DNA from: Gammaproteobacteria bacterium
GTDB taxonomy: Bacteria > Pseudomonadota > Gammaproteobacteria > RBG-16-57-12
Reading direction: 5' to 3'
Assembly (NCBI GenBank): GCA_021647245.1
Contig: JAKIVC010000002.1
Span: 64,184-128,183, forward strand
DNA: 64,000 nucleotides
A program made the translations under genes and the position numbers. How positions within the stretch are numbered: position 1 is the first letter of the stretch; every line of letters starts with the position of its first letter. This document shows positions 18,595 through 28,340 of the stretch, in pieces. The notes below the pieces were generated by a model. That model was not told the origin of the DNA, made no database searches, and worked only from the letters and a program-made list of their open reading frames with translations.

Positions 18595-20544
18595 GTGATG
18601 GAAACCAATACTTTATCAGAGAGATTACACTGCTATAACCAATGGAAAGATGACGTCGTCCATAAGCTTAAAGCTTATGAACAGGTTCTTAAGGATGCTG
18701 AACTTGACAGCGTAGAGCAGGAAATCCGCATCGACGATATGATTGCCAAGTTGCATGATGATCGTATTGTTGTGGCCTTTGTCGCAGAGTTTTCCCGGGG
18801 GAAAACCGAATTAATAAATGCTATTTTCTTTGCAGATTACAAACGCCGACTACTGCCATCTGAGGCAGGTCGTACCACGATGTGCCCAACCGAGCTATTT
18901 TACGACCATGAGAGTACGGATGCTTACATTCGGTTACTGCCAATAGAGACACGCCTAGACGACAGCAGCATCAATGAACATAAACAGGATCTGAGTTACT
19001 GGACAACGTTACACCTTGATATCTCTTCACCAGAAAAGATGGCAGAGAGCTTTAAAGAGGTTATAAAGGTTAAAAAGGTGAGCGTGAAGGAGGCGATTAA
19101 ACTCGGCCTCTACGACGAAACACTGGTGGATAATGAAGAGTCGGAGGTTGAGATCCCCATGTGGCGGCATGCCCTGATCAGCTTCCCCCACCCGCTGTTA
19201 AAAGAGGGACTAGTGATCCTGGATACACCCGGCTTGAACGCGCTGGGTACAGAGCCAGAATTGACCATGGATATGTTACCCAATGCACATGCAATCATGT
19301 TTGTTTTGGGTGCTGACACCGGTGTAACCCGCTCTGATATGGAAGTGTGGGATCAGCATGTGAGCAGTTTTAGCCGTGGCAGTAATCATTCAAACCTGAT
19401 GGTGGTGCTCAATAAAATTGACACATTATGGGATGAGTTGCTGGATGATGAGCAAGTGGCCGCCAATATCGACAGCCAGTGCCAAAATACCGCTAAAACA
19501 TTGAATGTCTCCCCCGACTCAATATTCCCTGTCTCGGCCCACAAGGGGTTGCTGGGGCGCGTGAAAAATAACCCAGAGCTGCTGGAAAAGAGTGGCATTG
19601 CATCGATTGAAAATATGCTTTCGGATACTGTTTTACCGGAAAAGCAGACCATTATTCGTGATCGGGTTATCGACGAAGTGGGCACTATGGTGGAGTCAAC
19701 GCTAAATATTATCCAGGCGCGACATAATTCAGTGCAAGAGCAGCTGGGCGAACTGCAAGGGATCGGCAACAAAAATGAGGCGATGATCAGCCACTTGATC
19801 AAGACCACCCATGCTGAAGCAATCGCCTATAAGGTGAGAGTCGACAACTACCACACCAGCCGTAATCTGCTTAACAGCAAAATCAAAGAGATCCTGGAAT
19901 ACGTTGACCTTAAAGTCCTCGATAGGGTGATTGATGAGGCTCGCAATGAGATGCAAGGCACCTGGACAACCGGCGGCTTGCGTAAATCAATGATGTTCTT
20001 CTTTGAAAATATGATGCAGATCATGTCGCAGGTGAACTACCTTGGCGAGCAAGCCAATGATTTGGTCAAGACATCTTACAAGCGCTTCCATGAAGAGTTT
20101 GGCTTGCCAAACATTCGCCCAACGCTGTTTTCCAACCAGGTTTATGTGCTGCGTATGGAGCGACTACTCAAGCGCTCCGAGGAGTACCGAACCAGCTCAA
20201 CCATGACCATGACCGAACAGAGCTTTGTTATTAAGCGTTTCTTTGTCTCGGTGGTGAGCCATGCCCGTGATGTTTTTTATAAAGCGAATGAAGAGTCTAG
20301 GCTGTGGTCAAAAAGTGCCTTGGCTCCTATCGCAACGGAGATAAAAGAGCGCAAGCGGGTAATGGATAAGCGGCTCAGTAACCTGAATCGAGTAAAAGAC
20401 TCCAAAGAGACATTAGAGAGCAAGCTGAACGAGCTGGCTGACGAACAGCGTGGCCTAGATAAACAGCTCAGCGAACTCAATGAGATCAATGAAATTATTT
20501 GCGCCCCCCTCGACAAAGAGAAGAGTGAGCCTAATAATCAATAA
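18595..20544 (+). CDS. Bacterial dynamin-like protein (dynamin-family large GTPase).
   Basis: 649 aa. G1 is VAEFSRGKTELINAIF, G3 is VILDTPGLNALG, G4 is VVLNKIDTLW. The GTPase is followed by a long helical stalk and a C-terminal coiled coil (LESKLNELADEQRGLDKQLSELNEINE). Confidence 0.7.
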   Translation: MMETNTLSERLHCYNQWKDDVVHKLKAYEQVLKDAELDSVEQEIRIDDMIAKLHDDRIVVAFVAEFSRGKTELINAIFFADYKRRLLPSEAGRTTMCPTELFYDHESTDAYIRLLPIETRLDDSSINEHKQDLSYWTTLHLDISSPEKMAESFKEVIKVKKVSVKEAIKLGLYDETLVDNEESEVEIPMWRHALISFPHPLLKEGLVILDTPGLNALGTEPELTMDMLPNAHAIMFVLGADTGVTRSDMEVWDQHVSSFSRGSNHSNLMVVLNKIDTLWDELLDDEQVAANIDSQCQNTAKTLNVSPDSIFPVSAHKGLLGRVKNNPELLEKSGIASIENMLSDTVLPEKQTIIRDRVIDEVGTMVESTLNIIQARHNSVQEQLGELQGIGNKNEAMISHLIKTTHAEAIAYKVRVDNYHTSRNLLNSKIKEILEYVDLKVLDRVIDEARNEMQGTWTTGGLRKSMMFFFENMMQIMSQVNYLGEQANDLVKTSYKRFHEEFGLPNIRPTLFSNQVYVLRMERLLKRSEEYRTSSTMTMTEQSFVIKRFFVSVVSHARDVFYKANEESRLWSKSALAPIATEIKERKRVMDKRLSNLNRVKDSKETLESKLNELADEQRGLDKQLSELNEINEIICAPLDKEKSEPNNQ

Positions 20545-20568
20545 CCCCTCCCTTCCGCAGTAGACTCA

Positions 20569-20592
20569 CCCTAAGTCCGACAGCCTCCTGGC
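20569..20592 (+). repeat. 22-bp intergenic repeat CCTAAGTCCGACAGCCTCCTGGC, copy 1.
   Basis: 20 of 22 positions identical to 33740-33762. Confidence 0.5.
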
Positions 20593-20662
20593 GTGTGGAT
20601 AGCGCTCTCGCAATGAAGGGGGGCAATCGGTTATATTGTGCATAACTTAATCTATAAGTGAT

Positions 20663-21730
20663 GTGCACCCTATGCAAAATCGCGATACCTTGCCAGATAC
20701 CATTCGTATGACTGAATATAGCCATGGTGCCGGTTGTGGCTGTAAAATATCACCTAAGTTGCTGGATGATATTCTCAAAAGCACAACACCTAACCCCACC
20801 TTTCCAAAATTGTTGGTGGGCTACGACACCAAGGATGATGCGGCGGTATTCGATTTGGGTAATGGCAGTTCGGTCATATCAACCACTGACTTCTTCATGC
20901 CGATTGTGGATGACCCCTTCGAGTTTGGGCAAATTGCGGCGACCAATGCGATCAGTGATGTTTATGCCATGGGCGGCACGCCGTTGATGGCCATCTCTAT
21001 TTTTGGCTGGCCGATTGAGACATTAGGAGCTGATGTTGCCTCACAGGTTATTGAGGGTGGCCGTCGCGCCTGCGCACTGGCCGGTATACCACTGGCGGGA
21101 GGGCACTCCATTGACTCACCCGAACCCATTTTTGGGTTGGCAGTAACCGGGCAGGTGGAAAATCGCCACCTGAAGCGCAACAGCCAAGCAGAGGCGGGCT
21201 GCAAACTCTATCTGACCAAGCCACTTGGTATCGGTATTTTGACCACTGCACAGAAAAAAAAGTGCCTTAAGCCAGCACACCGCCGGATCGGCCCCGAAGC
21301 GATGTGCCAGCTTAACAGTGCCGGTACTCAGTTTGCTAAGCTCCCGGCGGTCAAGGCGATGACGGATGTGACGGGGTTTGGCCTGATGGGGCACCTCACA
21401 GAGTTGTGTCTGGGGAGTCATTTACAGGCGCAACTGATCTTTGATGCCGTGCCGACGCTACCGGAGGTTGAATACTATCTGGCGCTAGGGTGTACTCCAG
21501 GCGGCACGCTACGAAATTTTGAAAGCTATGGTCACCATATTGGTGGCATGAGTGAACAGCAACAGATGATTTTGTGTGACCCACAAACCTCAGGCGGCCT
21601 CTTGGTGGCTGTTGCAGCCGAGGGCGAAGCTGAATTTTTAGCATTAACCGAAGCGCTAGGAATGTCATTGAGTCCGATAGGCCAGTTGAGCACCCCCGTC
21701 GCGAATCATGCTCTGGTGGAGATTATATGA
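20663..21730 (+). CDS. selD: Selenide, water dikinase (Cys-type).
   Basis: [13 protein letters not shown] active-site motif. Alternative start at MTEYSH (20708). Confidence 0.88.
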   Translation: MHPMQNRDTLPDTIRMTEYSHGAGCGCKISPKLLDDILKSTTPNPTFPKLLVGYDTKDDAAVFDLGNGSSVISTTDFFMPIVDDPFEFGQIAATNAISDVYAMGGTPLMAISIFGWPIETLGADVASQVIEGGRRACALAGIPLAGGHSIDSPEPIFGLAVTGQVENRHLKRNSQAEAGCKLYLTKPLGIGILTTAQKKKCLKPAHRRIGPEAMCQLNSAGTQFAKLPAVKAMTDVTGFGLMGHLTELCLGSHLQAQLIFDAVPTLPEVEYYLALGCTPGGTLRNFESYGHHIGGMSEQQQMILCDPQTSGGLLVAVAAEGEAEFLALTEALGMSLSPIGQLSTPVANHALVEII

Positions 21731-22842
21731 TGGAGCTTCCACAGGTTGACGACTATTCAGCGCTTTTTTTAGATGAAGTACCGATGATCGACCTGCGAGC
21801 CCCGCAGGAGTTTGAGCAGGGACGCTTTCAAAATGCGATAAACCTACCGTTAATGAACGATGAAGAGCGCAAGTTAGTGGGTATTTGCTATAAAGAACAA
21901 GGCCAGCAACAGGCGATTGCGCTGGGTCATGAGCTAGTAACCGGCGAGGTAAAACAGCAGCGCCTGGAGCGGTGGCTGCGGTTTGTAGAAGAGAATCCAC
22001 AGGGTGTTTTGTACTGCTTTCGTGGCGGACTACGCTCACAAATAACCCAGCGCTGGATCTATGAAGAGAGCGGCATCGTCTACCCACGAGTACACGGTGG
22101 CTACAAAACACTGCGCCGTTATTTGCTCGATGAGCTAGAGCGCTCCATTGCGCAGATACAGCCGACCATCCTCAGTGGACGCACTGGCACAGGCAAGACA
22201 CTGCTACTAAAGAAAATCAATAACAGCATCGACTTGGAAGGCGTCTATCATCATCGTGGTTCAGCATTTGGTCGTCACGCCACGCCACAACCGAGCCAGA
22301 TCGATGTGGAGAACCGGCTTTCAGTTGAGCTGCTGAAAAAAATCATATTAGCCGCTGAAGCAGCGCCCCAACTGCTGCTTGAAGATGAAGGGAGCAATAT
22401 CGGCTCACGCAACCTGCCCCACTCACTGATTGAGCGCATGGTGGCGGCACCCATCGTGGTACTGGAAATTCCACTAGCGCAACGGGTCGATATCGTATTC
22501 GATGAATATATTACGGCAGCGCTCTCTGAATATCAGCAGCTACTGGGCGACGAGCACGGCTTTACCACCTGGTCAGAAAACCTGCGCCAGGCACTTGGAC
22601 GGGTTAAACGTCGCTTAGGTGGAGAGCGTTACGGACTGCTTGATGCCGTGATGAGTGGTGCGATTTCTGACCAGCAACAACGGGGTGAAACATCGGCTCA
22701 CCGCGAGTGGATTCAGCGATTACTTAACGATTACTACGACCCAATGTATGACTATCAGTTACAGAAAAAAGCCGAGCGCATCACCTTTCGGGGCGATGAC
22801 AAAGCAGTAATTGAGTATCTTAATACTCAAAATATTACCTAA
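21727..22842 (+). CDS. selU: tRNA 2-selenouridine synthase.
   Basis: N-terminal rhodanese domain with CFRGGLRS and a P-loop TGTGKT. Overlaps the selD stop. Confidence 0.8.
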   Translation: MMELPQVDDYSALFLDEVPMIDLRAPQEFEQGRFQNAINLPLMNDEERKLVGICYKEQGQQQAIALGHELVTGEVKQQRLERWLRFVEENPQGVLYCFRGGLRSQITQRWIYEESGIVYPRVHGGYKTLRRYLLDELERSIAQIQPTILSGRTGTGKTLLLKKINNSIDLEGVYHHRGSAFGRHATPQPSQIDVENRLSVELLKKIILAAEAAPQLLLEDEGSNIGSRNLPHSLIERMVAAPIVVLEIPLAQRVDIVFDEYITAALSEYQQLLGDEHGFTTWSENLRQALGRVKRRLGGERYGLLDAVMSGAISDQQQRGETSAHREWIQRLLNDYYDPMYDYQLQKKAERITFRGDDKAVIEYLNTQNIT

Positions 22843-22851
22843 TTGCACACT

Positions 22852-22885
22852 GGGGTCAGAGTAAACGTTACTTTACTCTGACCCC
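22852..22885 (+). terminator. 14-bp-stem hairpin immediately after selU. No U-tract, so its role as a terminator is uncertain.
   Basis: GGGGTCAGAGTAAA-cgttac-TTTACTCTGACCCC. Confidence 0.35.
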
Positions 22886-22900
22886 AGCGTCCACTCCCCT

Positions 22901-22915
22901 GCGACAACATGTCGC
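22901..22915. promoter_or_regulatory. Perfect 15-bp palindrome GCGACAacaTGTCGC about 85 bp upstream of the Met-rich lipoprotein operon.
   Basis: Read directly from the sequence. Candidate operator. Confidence 0.35.
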
Positions 22916-22998
22916 ATTCTTTCTATGCCGGGATTCCAATACAATTTTGTCATTAACTGTTCCCTACCCGGTTTATTGACTAAATTATAGGAGTCTCC

Positions 22999-24663
22999 AT
23001 GGCTATTCATAATAAGCGTAATATTTTATGGTCGGCACTGCTGCTGAGTGGTGCTGTGGCATTGAGTGGCTGTAATAGCTCATCAGATGATAATACCGTT
23101 GAGGGTGCAGCAATCGAGGGCTCTATTTTTGCCGCCCCGGTGAGTGCTGCTTCGATATCTGTGTTTGACCTGAATGGTAATCGGGTGGCAGGTCCGGTGA
23201 CGAGTGGGGCAGATGGGCATTATCAAATCACAATTCCTGATGCACACCTTGCCAGTGACCTTAGCTTTATCAGCAGTGGCGGCACGTTTACAGATGAGGC
23301 GACGGGTGAGGCTAATGTCAGCGCAGGTCAAATGTCTGTTTATGTCGCGGCAGATAGCCTTGCGGCGGGTAGTGAAGTACACGCGACACCCTCTTCTACG
23401 ATTATGCACCAGTTGATTATGCAACATGGTCAAGGCTATGTAGAGGCGCAGGCGGCTTTTGAGAGTGCCTTTGGTTATCAGCCTGATTATACTGTGGCAC
23501 CAACGGATGCGACCGCACCGGCGGCCGATGCGACCGACCAGCAAATGTTGGCGGGACTGCGTGCCGCCAGTTTCAGCCAATTAGCCCAGGATTTGGGGAT
23601 GAGCGCCACTGATCAGTTTGCCTTGCTGGAGGCGTTGGCACTGGATTTGTCAGATGGTGAGCTTGACGGGCAGAGTACATCGGGTGCGGTTATTCTCCCG
23701 GCACCTGTCAACATACCATTGCAATTGCATATTCAGCATCAGTTTGCGATGGCACTGGAGGGGTTTCATCGGGGGGGGCGCAATGCAACCAGTTTAAATG
23801 CCAGTCAAATAGGCGTATTGCCCTTTGCTAAAGTGGCCAGCAGTGAAAGTTACCGCTTCGAATATCAGCCGGGCATGATGCCGGCAATGGAGGGGAAAAC
23901 CACATTCAAAATTGTGGTTACAGATGCGGCCACTGGGCAGCTGGCGCAGGGCGGATTGAACTTAATACTACAGGCAAAAATGTATATGGCGACAAAAATG
24001 CATGCCACACCAGTGGATGGTTGTAGTGAATCGGCAACAGCAGGTGTTTATGATTGTACTATTTTCTACCTGATGCCTTCGGTTATGAACGGTATGTCGA
24101 TGGGCTATTGGGAGTTGATGGTTACCACTGATAATAATGAAATGGTCAGCTTTTACCCGGGTGTTGGTATGGGCATGAACGGCAATGGTAAGCGCAGTTT
24201 GATGGCTCAATCAACGGGCACTGTGGTGGATGATGCCGGTTTGACTGTTCCTACCTACAGCGATTTTGTTATGAGTCCCACCTCGGCACGGAAGTACCTC
24301 CTGTTTAAAGACAGTATTGCAGCAGGCTCCATTTCAGGCCACAAAGTGCGCCTGTTTATTGCGGTAAAAGAGAGTATGGACTCATTTCCAGCGCTCTACA
24401 CAGGTGCTAGTTTTAATATGGCTAGTTTTACTGTCAGCTCAATTAACGCAGAATTTTCAGTGGATGGCGCTAGCTGGTCACCTATGACAGAAGAGGGCGC
24501 GGGTTATTGGTCTGTTGATAACGCACCGGGTTTAGTCGATGGTGTTGAAAACACGTTCTATATGCGCCTGCATGTCAATGGTGAACAGAAAACAGCCAAT
24601 GGTAGTGTGCCGGCACTGGATGGTAGTAACGATTACGCAATTTTTACAACTACCCTGAATTAA
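22999..24663 (+). CDS. Large lipoprotein with an N-terminal carboxypeptidase-regulatory-like beta-sandwich and a Met-rich C-terminal half. Function unknown; possible Cu(I)-binding.
   Basis: Signal peptide plus lipobox ALSGC. GSIFAAPVSAASISVFDLNGNRVAGPVTSGADGHYQITIP. Met clusters GMMPAMEG, KMYMATKMH, LMPSVMNGMSMGYWELM, GVGMGMNGNG. Confidence 0.5.
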   Translation: MAIHNKRNILWSALLLSGAVALSGCNSSSDDNTVEGAAIEGSIFAAPVSAASISVFDLNGNRVAGPVTSGADGHYQITIPDAHLASDLSFISSGGTFTDEATGEANVSAGQMSVYVAADSLAAGSEVHATPSSTIMHQLIMQHGQGYVEAQAAFESAFGYQPDYTVAPTDATAPAADATDQQMLAGLRAASFSQLAQDLGMSATDQFALLEALALDLSDGELDGQSTSGAVILPAPVNIPLQLHIQHQFAMALEGFHRGGRNATSLNASQIGVLPFAKVASSESYRFEYQPGMMPAMEGKTTFKIVVTDAATGQLAQGGLNLILQAKMYMATKMHATPVDGCSESATAGVYDCTIFYLMPSVMNGMSMGYWELMVTTDNNEMVSFYPGVGMGMNGNGKRSLMAQSTGTVVDDAGLTVPTYSDFVMSPTSARKYLLFKDSIAAGSISGHKVRLFIAVKESMDSFPALYTGASFNMASFTVSSINAEFSVDGASWSPMTEEGAGYWSVDNAPGLVDGVENTFYMRLHVNGEQKTANGSVPALDGSNDYAIFTTTLN

Positions 24664-24679
24664 TGTTTTAAGGTTTTCC

Positions 24680-25651
24680 ATGGCTAATCTCTCAACAAAG
24701 GCCGCCCTCTTTGCAGTGGCGGCCCTTACCCTTTCTCAGCCTTTATCTGCGGCATCATGCTGTGGCGGTGGCTCCTCTTCTGCCTTGGTTATGCCCAAAT
24801 TTGCTACGGGGATGGTCGACCTTTCGTTTTCCATGGAAAACTACGATGGCTATTGGAATAGAGAGGGGGAGTATACCGAAGACCCTGTGGGCTCTCGCTT
24901 GAAACAGTATCGTTTTAATGTTGGCTATGCCCACCGCTTGGGTAAACGCTGGCAGGCGAGTGTTGTCACCCCTTATGTCTGGAATGATAACCAATACAGC
25001 GGTGTCTCATCCGAAACCCAAGGGATGGGGGATACCACCATTAACCTTTGGTATGAAGGATTTGAGAATATCACCTGTGTCTGGAAAATAAAAAAGCCGG
25101 AGGATTGGATACCCGCCAGTTACTACGGGTTATCCATGACACTCCCCACGGGTGTCTCTCCTTATGACAATGTGGAGAATAGCTTTGATATTACCGGTCG
25201 GGGTTTTTATCGTGTGGATGCCAATCTGCTGTTGGATAAGACCATCTACCCCTGGAATGCGACACTGGCACTCTCTTACGGAAAGTATATAGAGCGTCCG
25301 GTTAATCGTGAATATGGCCGCTATGTGGCGCCGTATGATAAGCAGTTGGGTGACCGCTTTTCAGGCTCGCTCTCTGGGGGGTATACCCAGTTTCTTGATA
25401 ATATGGATACCCTGAGCTACACCCTCTCTTATGCTTATTTACAAGAGAGCCAAGGTGAAATTGATGGCATTACAGATACTACCACCGGAATGGAGAAGCA
25501 GACGCTATCCGCAACAGCAGCTTATGCCAGTATGGATCGGGACTGGGTCTTTAAACTAACCTTGAGCCACAGCCCTAAGCGGGATGGTTATGGTGAGAGT
25601 TTTCCCGTTACCAATGTGGTGACACTGGGGGTGAGCCATGTTCTTCGTTAA
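24680..25651 (+). CDS. Putative outer-membrane beta-barrel protein.
   Basis: Signal peptide, then mature N-terminus ASCCGGGSSS. Alternating amphipathic beta-strands rich in Tyr/Gly. Overlaps the next gene. Confidence 0.45.
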   Translation: MANLSTKAALFAVAALTLSQPLSAASCCGGGSSSALVMPKFATGMVDLSFSMENYDGYWNREGEYTEDPVGSRLKQYRFNVGYAHRLGKRWQASVVTPYVWNDNQYSGVSSETQGMGDTTINLWYEGFENITCVWKIKKPEDWIPASYYGLSMTLPTGVSPYDNVENSFDITGRGFYRVDANLLLDKTIYPWNATLALSYGKYIERPVNREYGRYVAPYDKQLGDRFSGSLSGGYTQFLDNMDTLSYTLSYAYLQESQGEIDGITDTTTGMEKQTLSATAAYASMDRDWVFKLTLSHSPKRDGYGESFPVTNVVTLGVSHVLR

Positions 25652-26174
25652 ACTTGTTGGCCTACTCATGCTGTTGCTGTTAAGTGCCTGCCAAGATGAC
25701 CTGAATCCATCGGATAGCGATGAGCGGCCTGTGGTTCAGACCGGTATTATTGGCAATCAAGTAGGGCAAATTGCCCCTGACTTTACGGCAGGCTCAACAA
25801 CACTAAACACCGCCCACACACTCTCTTCTGATTTACAAACCTATGATGCAGTGGTGCTCTATTTCACCATGTGGTGTCCTATTTGTGATGAGCATATGAG
25901 CCATCTGCGTGCGACTTATGTGAGCAACTACCCCAATGTGCAATTTTTCCTGGTGGATTATGTGAGCGGCTCGCTGGAGGCTGCACGTAATACACAACTT
26001 GCCAGTGGTTATGGCGATATGAGAGTGCTGGTTGATGTAAACCGGGAGATTGAATTTCTTTATGAAGGCACCATGGGGAGTACGGTTGTGATTAATAACA
26101 GTGGTATTGTGCTTATGAACCAAGGCTATAGTGATGGTCGTCAACTGGGTCAGGTATTGGGGGAGCTGCCATGA
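25638..26174 (+). CDS. Thioredoxin-fold lipoprotein with a CPxC motif.
   Basis: Lipobox LLSAC. Motif YFTMWCPICDEH. Confidence 0.55.
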   Translation: MFFVKLVGLLMLLLLSACQDDLNPSDSDERPVVQTGIIGNQVGQIAPDFTAGSTTLNTAHTLSSDLQTYDAVVLYFTMWCPICDEHMSHLRATYVSNYPNVQFFLVDYVSGSLEAARNTQLASGYGDMRVLVDVNREIEFLYEGTMGSTVVINNSGIVLMNQGYSDGRQLGQVLGELP

Positions 26175-26434
26175 GAGTGTGGTTACTCATCGCGCTATTT
26201 TTGCTCACCAAGCTGGCTTATTCTGAATCGGTCGAATTAAATGGCCAGCAGCTTTTTGAGGCTCGATGCAGTATTTGTCACCAACTGCCTGCACCCGATA
26301 TGTTGAATCATCGGCAGTGGCACCGGGTAATCAACACCATGCAAATTCGTATGCAACAAGCGGATATTGAGCCGCTGGATGAGGACGAAATTACCGCAAT
26401 AAAAGAGTATTTGCAGTGGTATGTAGATGATTAA
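26171..26434 (+). CDS. Small secreted monohaem c-type cytochrome-like protein.
   Basis: Signal peptide. Single CSICH (CxxCH) with a downstream Met (PDML). About 67-aa mature protein. Confidence 0.5.
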   Translation: MRVWLLIALFLLTKLAYSESVELNGQQLFEARCSICHQLPAPDMLNHRQWHRVINTMQIRMQQADIEPLDEDEITAIKEYLQWYVDD

Positions 26435-26942
26435 ATATTTGGCTTCAGCTGGCCTGTTGCTGCTTCTGAGCTTTCCGTTGCAGGCTGACCCTCTGGCAAC
26501 ATTTGGTGCGGAACCGGTGTCGGGAGCAGCAACGGCCTTTATCTTGCCGGACCTTGAGGGTGAAATTCATGCCTTGGCGCAGTGGCAGGGCAAGGTGGTG
26601 ATGCTCAACTTCTGGGCAACCTGGTGTGCCCCTTGTCGGGACGAAATGCCGGGAATGGAACGGCTTTGGCAACGCTATGGTGAGGATGGCCTAGTGGTAG
26701 TGGCGATATCTGTTGATGAGGGAATGGAGCGCCGGGTTGCCAAATTTGTTGAGATATTGAGATTAACCTATCCGATTTTACTCGACCCAGACTATGCGGT
26801 AGGTGACCTTTATCAAGTGAGCGGGCTGCCACACAGTCTATTGATTGACCGTGAAGGGCAGTTGATTGCAAAGGTTGTGGGCCAGCGTGAGTGGGATAGT
26901 GCAGAGTCTTTTGCGTTAATTGAGTCACTACTCTCCCAGTGA
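26427..26942 (+). CDS. TlpA/ResA-like periplasmic thiol:disulfide oxidoreductase.
   Basis: Signal peptide. Motif NFWATWCAPCRDEMP. Confidence 0.75.
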   Translation: MIKYLASAGLLLLLSFPLQADPLATFGAEPVSGAATAFILPDLEGEIHALAQWQGKVVMLNFWATWCAPCRDEMPGMERLWQRYGEDGLVVVAISVDEGMERRVAKFVEILRLTYPILLDPDYAVGDLYQVSGLPHSLLIDREGQLIAKVVGQREWDSAESFALIESLLSQ

Positions 26943-26972
26943 GTAGCTGGCAGTCCACGGTGTGTGATCAGA

Positions 26973-27608
26973 TCAGCGTGTACCGCGAATAACCATGGTT
27001 TTCCCGCGAGCGGTGATCAACCCCTGCTCCTCCAGATTTTTTAATACTTTGCCTACCATCTCCCGCGAACACCCTGCAATGCGTCCTAACTCCTGACGGG
27101 TTATTTTGATCTGCATGCCATCGGGGTGGGTCATGGCATCCGGCTGCTTACTCAGGTCGAGCAGGGTACGGGCAACCCGTCCGGTCACATCCATAAAGGC
27201 AAGATGGCCTACTTTAAGGCTGGTGTTGCGTAGCCTGAGCGCCATCTGGCTGGCGAGGGAAAACATGATCTCGGGGTGCTCCTGGATAAGTCGACGAAAT
27301 TTATCGTAGCCAATCTCTGCCAACTCACAACTTACCCGTGCACGAATGATGGCGCTGCGCCCTTGTGACTCTTTATCAAACAGCCCCATTTCACCAAAGA
27401 AATCACCCGCATTAAGATAGGCGAGCACAATCTCGCGCCCATCCTCATCTTCTATATACACCGCGACCGAGCCTTCAGTAATGTAGTAGAGGGTCTCAGG
27501 GGTGTCACCCGCGTGGATAATCGTGCTCTTAGCAGCGTGCTTGCGACGGTGGCAGTGACTGAGAAAAAGCTCAATAACAGCATCCGGCTGTGGCGGGGTA
27601 AATTTCAT
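26973..27608 (-). CDS. crp: cAMP receptor protein (CRP/Vfr) transcriptional regulator.
   Basis: Near-identical blocks to E. coli CRP: [30 protein letters not shown], and the [38 protein letters not shown]. Confidence 0.92.
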   Translation of the reverse strand: MKFTPPQPDAVIELFLSHCHRRKHAAKSTIIHAGDTPETLYYITEGSVAVYIEDEDGREIVLAYLNAGDFFGEMGLFDKESQGRSAIIRARVSCELAEIGYDKFRRLIQEHPEIMFSLASQMALRLRNTSLKVGHLAFMDVTGRVARTLLDLSKQPDAMTHPDGMQIKITRQELGRIAGCSREMVGKVLKNLEEQGLITARGKTMVIRGTR

Positions 27609-27914
27609 ATCAGCACCTTTTGATTATGGCCTATCTCTTGATTATAGAACGATTTAGATGACAGCTGGAATAATTAATCTATTTAATATAGAGCCTATAT
27701 AGGCGTTGTGTGCTGGGCCATATTTAACACATTAAACCCCGTTAGCTGCAATCGATGAATGAAAGGTCTCGATAAGATAAACAAAAGAGCCGTTACCGCG
27801 CAGATAGTTCATAATTTCTCTCTTTCCGTCGCTGGTCATCATCTCGATTAATATTAATTTTTTTAAGTGTTGTGGTAAGCTTCAGGTTTTCCAACGTATC
27901 AGGATTATCAGTGA

Positions 27915-28340
27915 ATGAAGGCGCGGATTAAATGGGTAGAAGATGCCACTTTTCTGGGCGAGTCAGGTAGCGGGCATGCGGTTGTAATGGATGGCCCACC
28001 CGAGAGTGGTGGCCGCAACCTGGGTGTACGCCCCATGGAGATGCTGCTGCTGGGAATGGGCGGCTGCGCCAGTTTTGACGTGGTGAGTATCTTGAAGAAA
28101 TCGCGCCAGCCGATAACTGACTGTATTGCCGAAATCACAGCGCAACGGGCTGATGATGAGCCCAAGGTATTCACTCAAATACACATACACTTTATTGTGT
28201 CGGGTGAAGGGCTTAAAGAGAAGCAGGTGGCGCGGGCGGTCTCGCTCTCGGCAGAAAAATATTGTTCGGCCTCCATCATGTTGGGAAAAACCGCTAAAAT
28301 AAGCCACGACTATCAAATACGAGGTGGTGTTGATGAGTGA
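27915..28340 (+). CDS. yhfA: OsmC/Ohr-family protein (YhfA-like), divergent from crp as in E. coli.
   Basis: 141 aa. LLLGMGGCASFDVVSILKK OsmC core. Confidence 0.7.
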   Translation: MKARIKWVEDATFLGESGSGHAVVMDGPPESGGRNLGVRPMEMLLLGMGGCASFDVVSILKKSRQPITDCIAEITAQRADDEPKVFTQIHIHFIVSGEGLKEKQVARAVSLSAEKYCSASIMLGKTAKISHDYQIRGGVDE

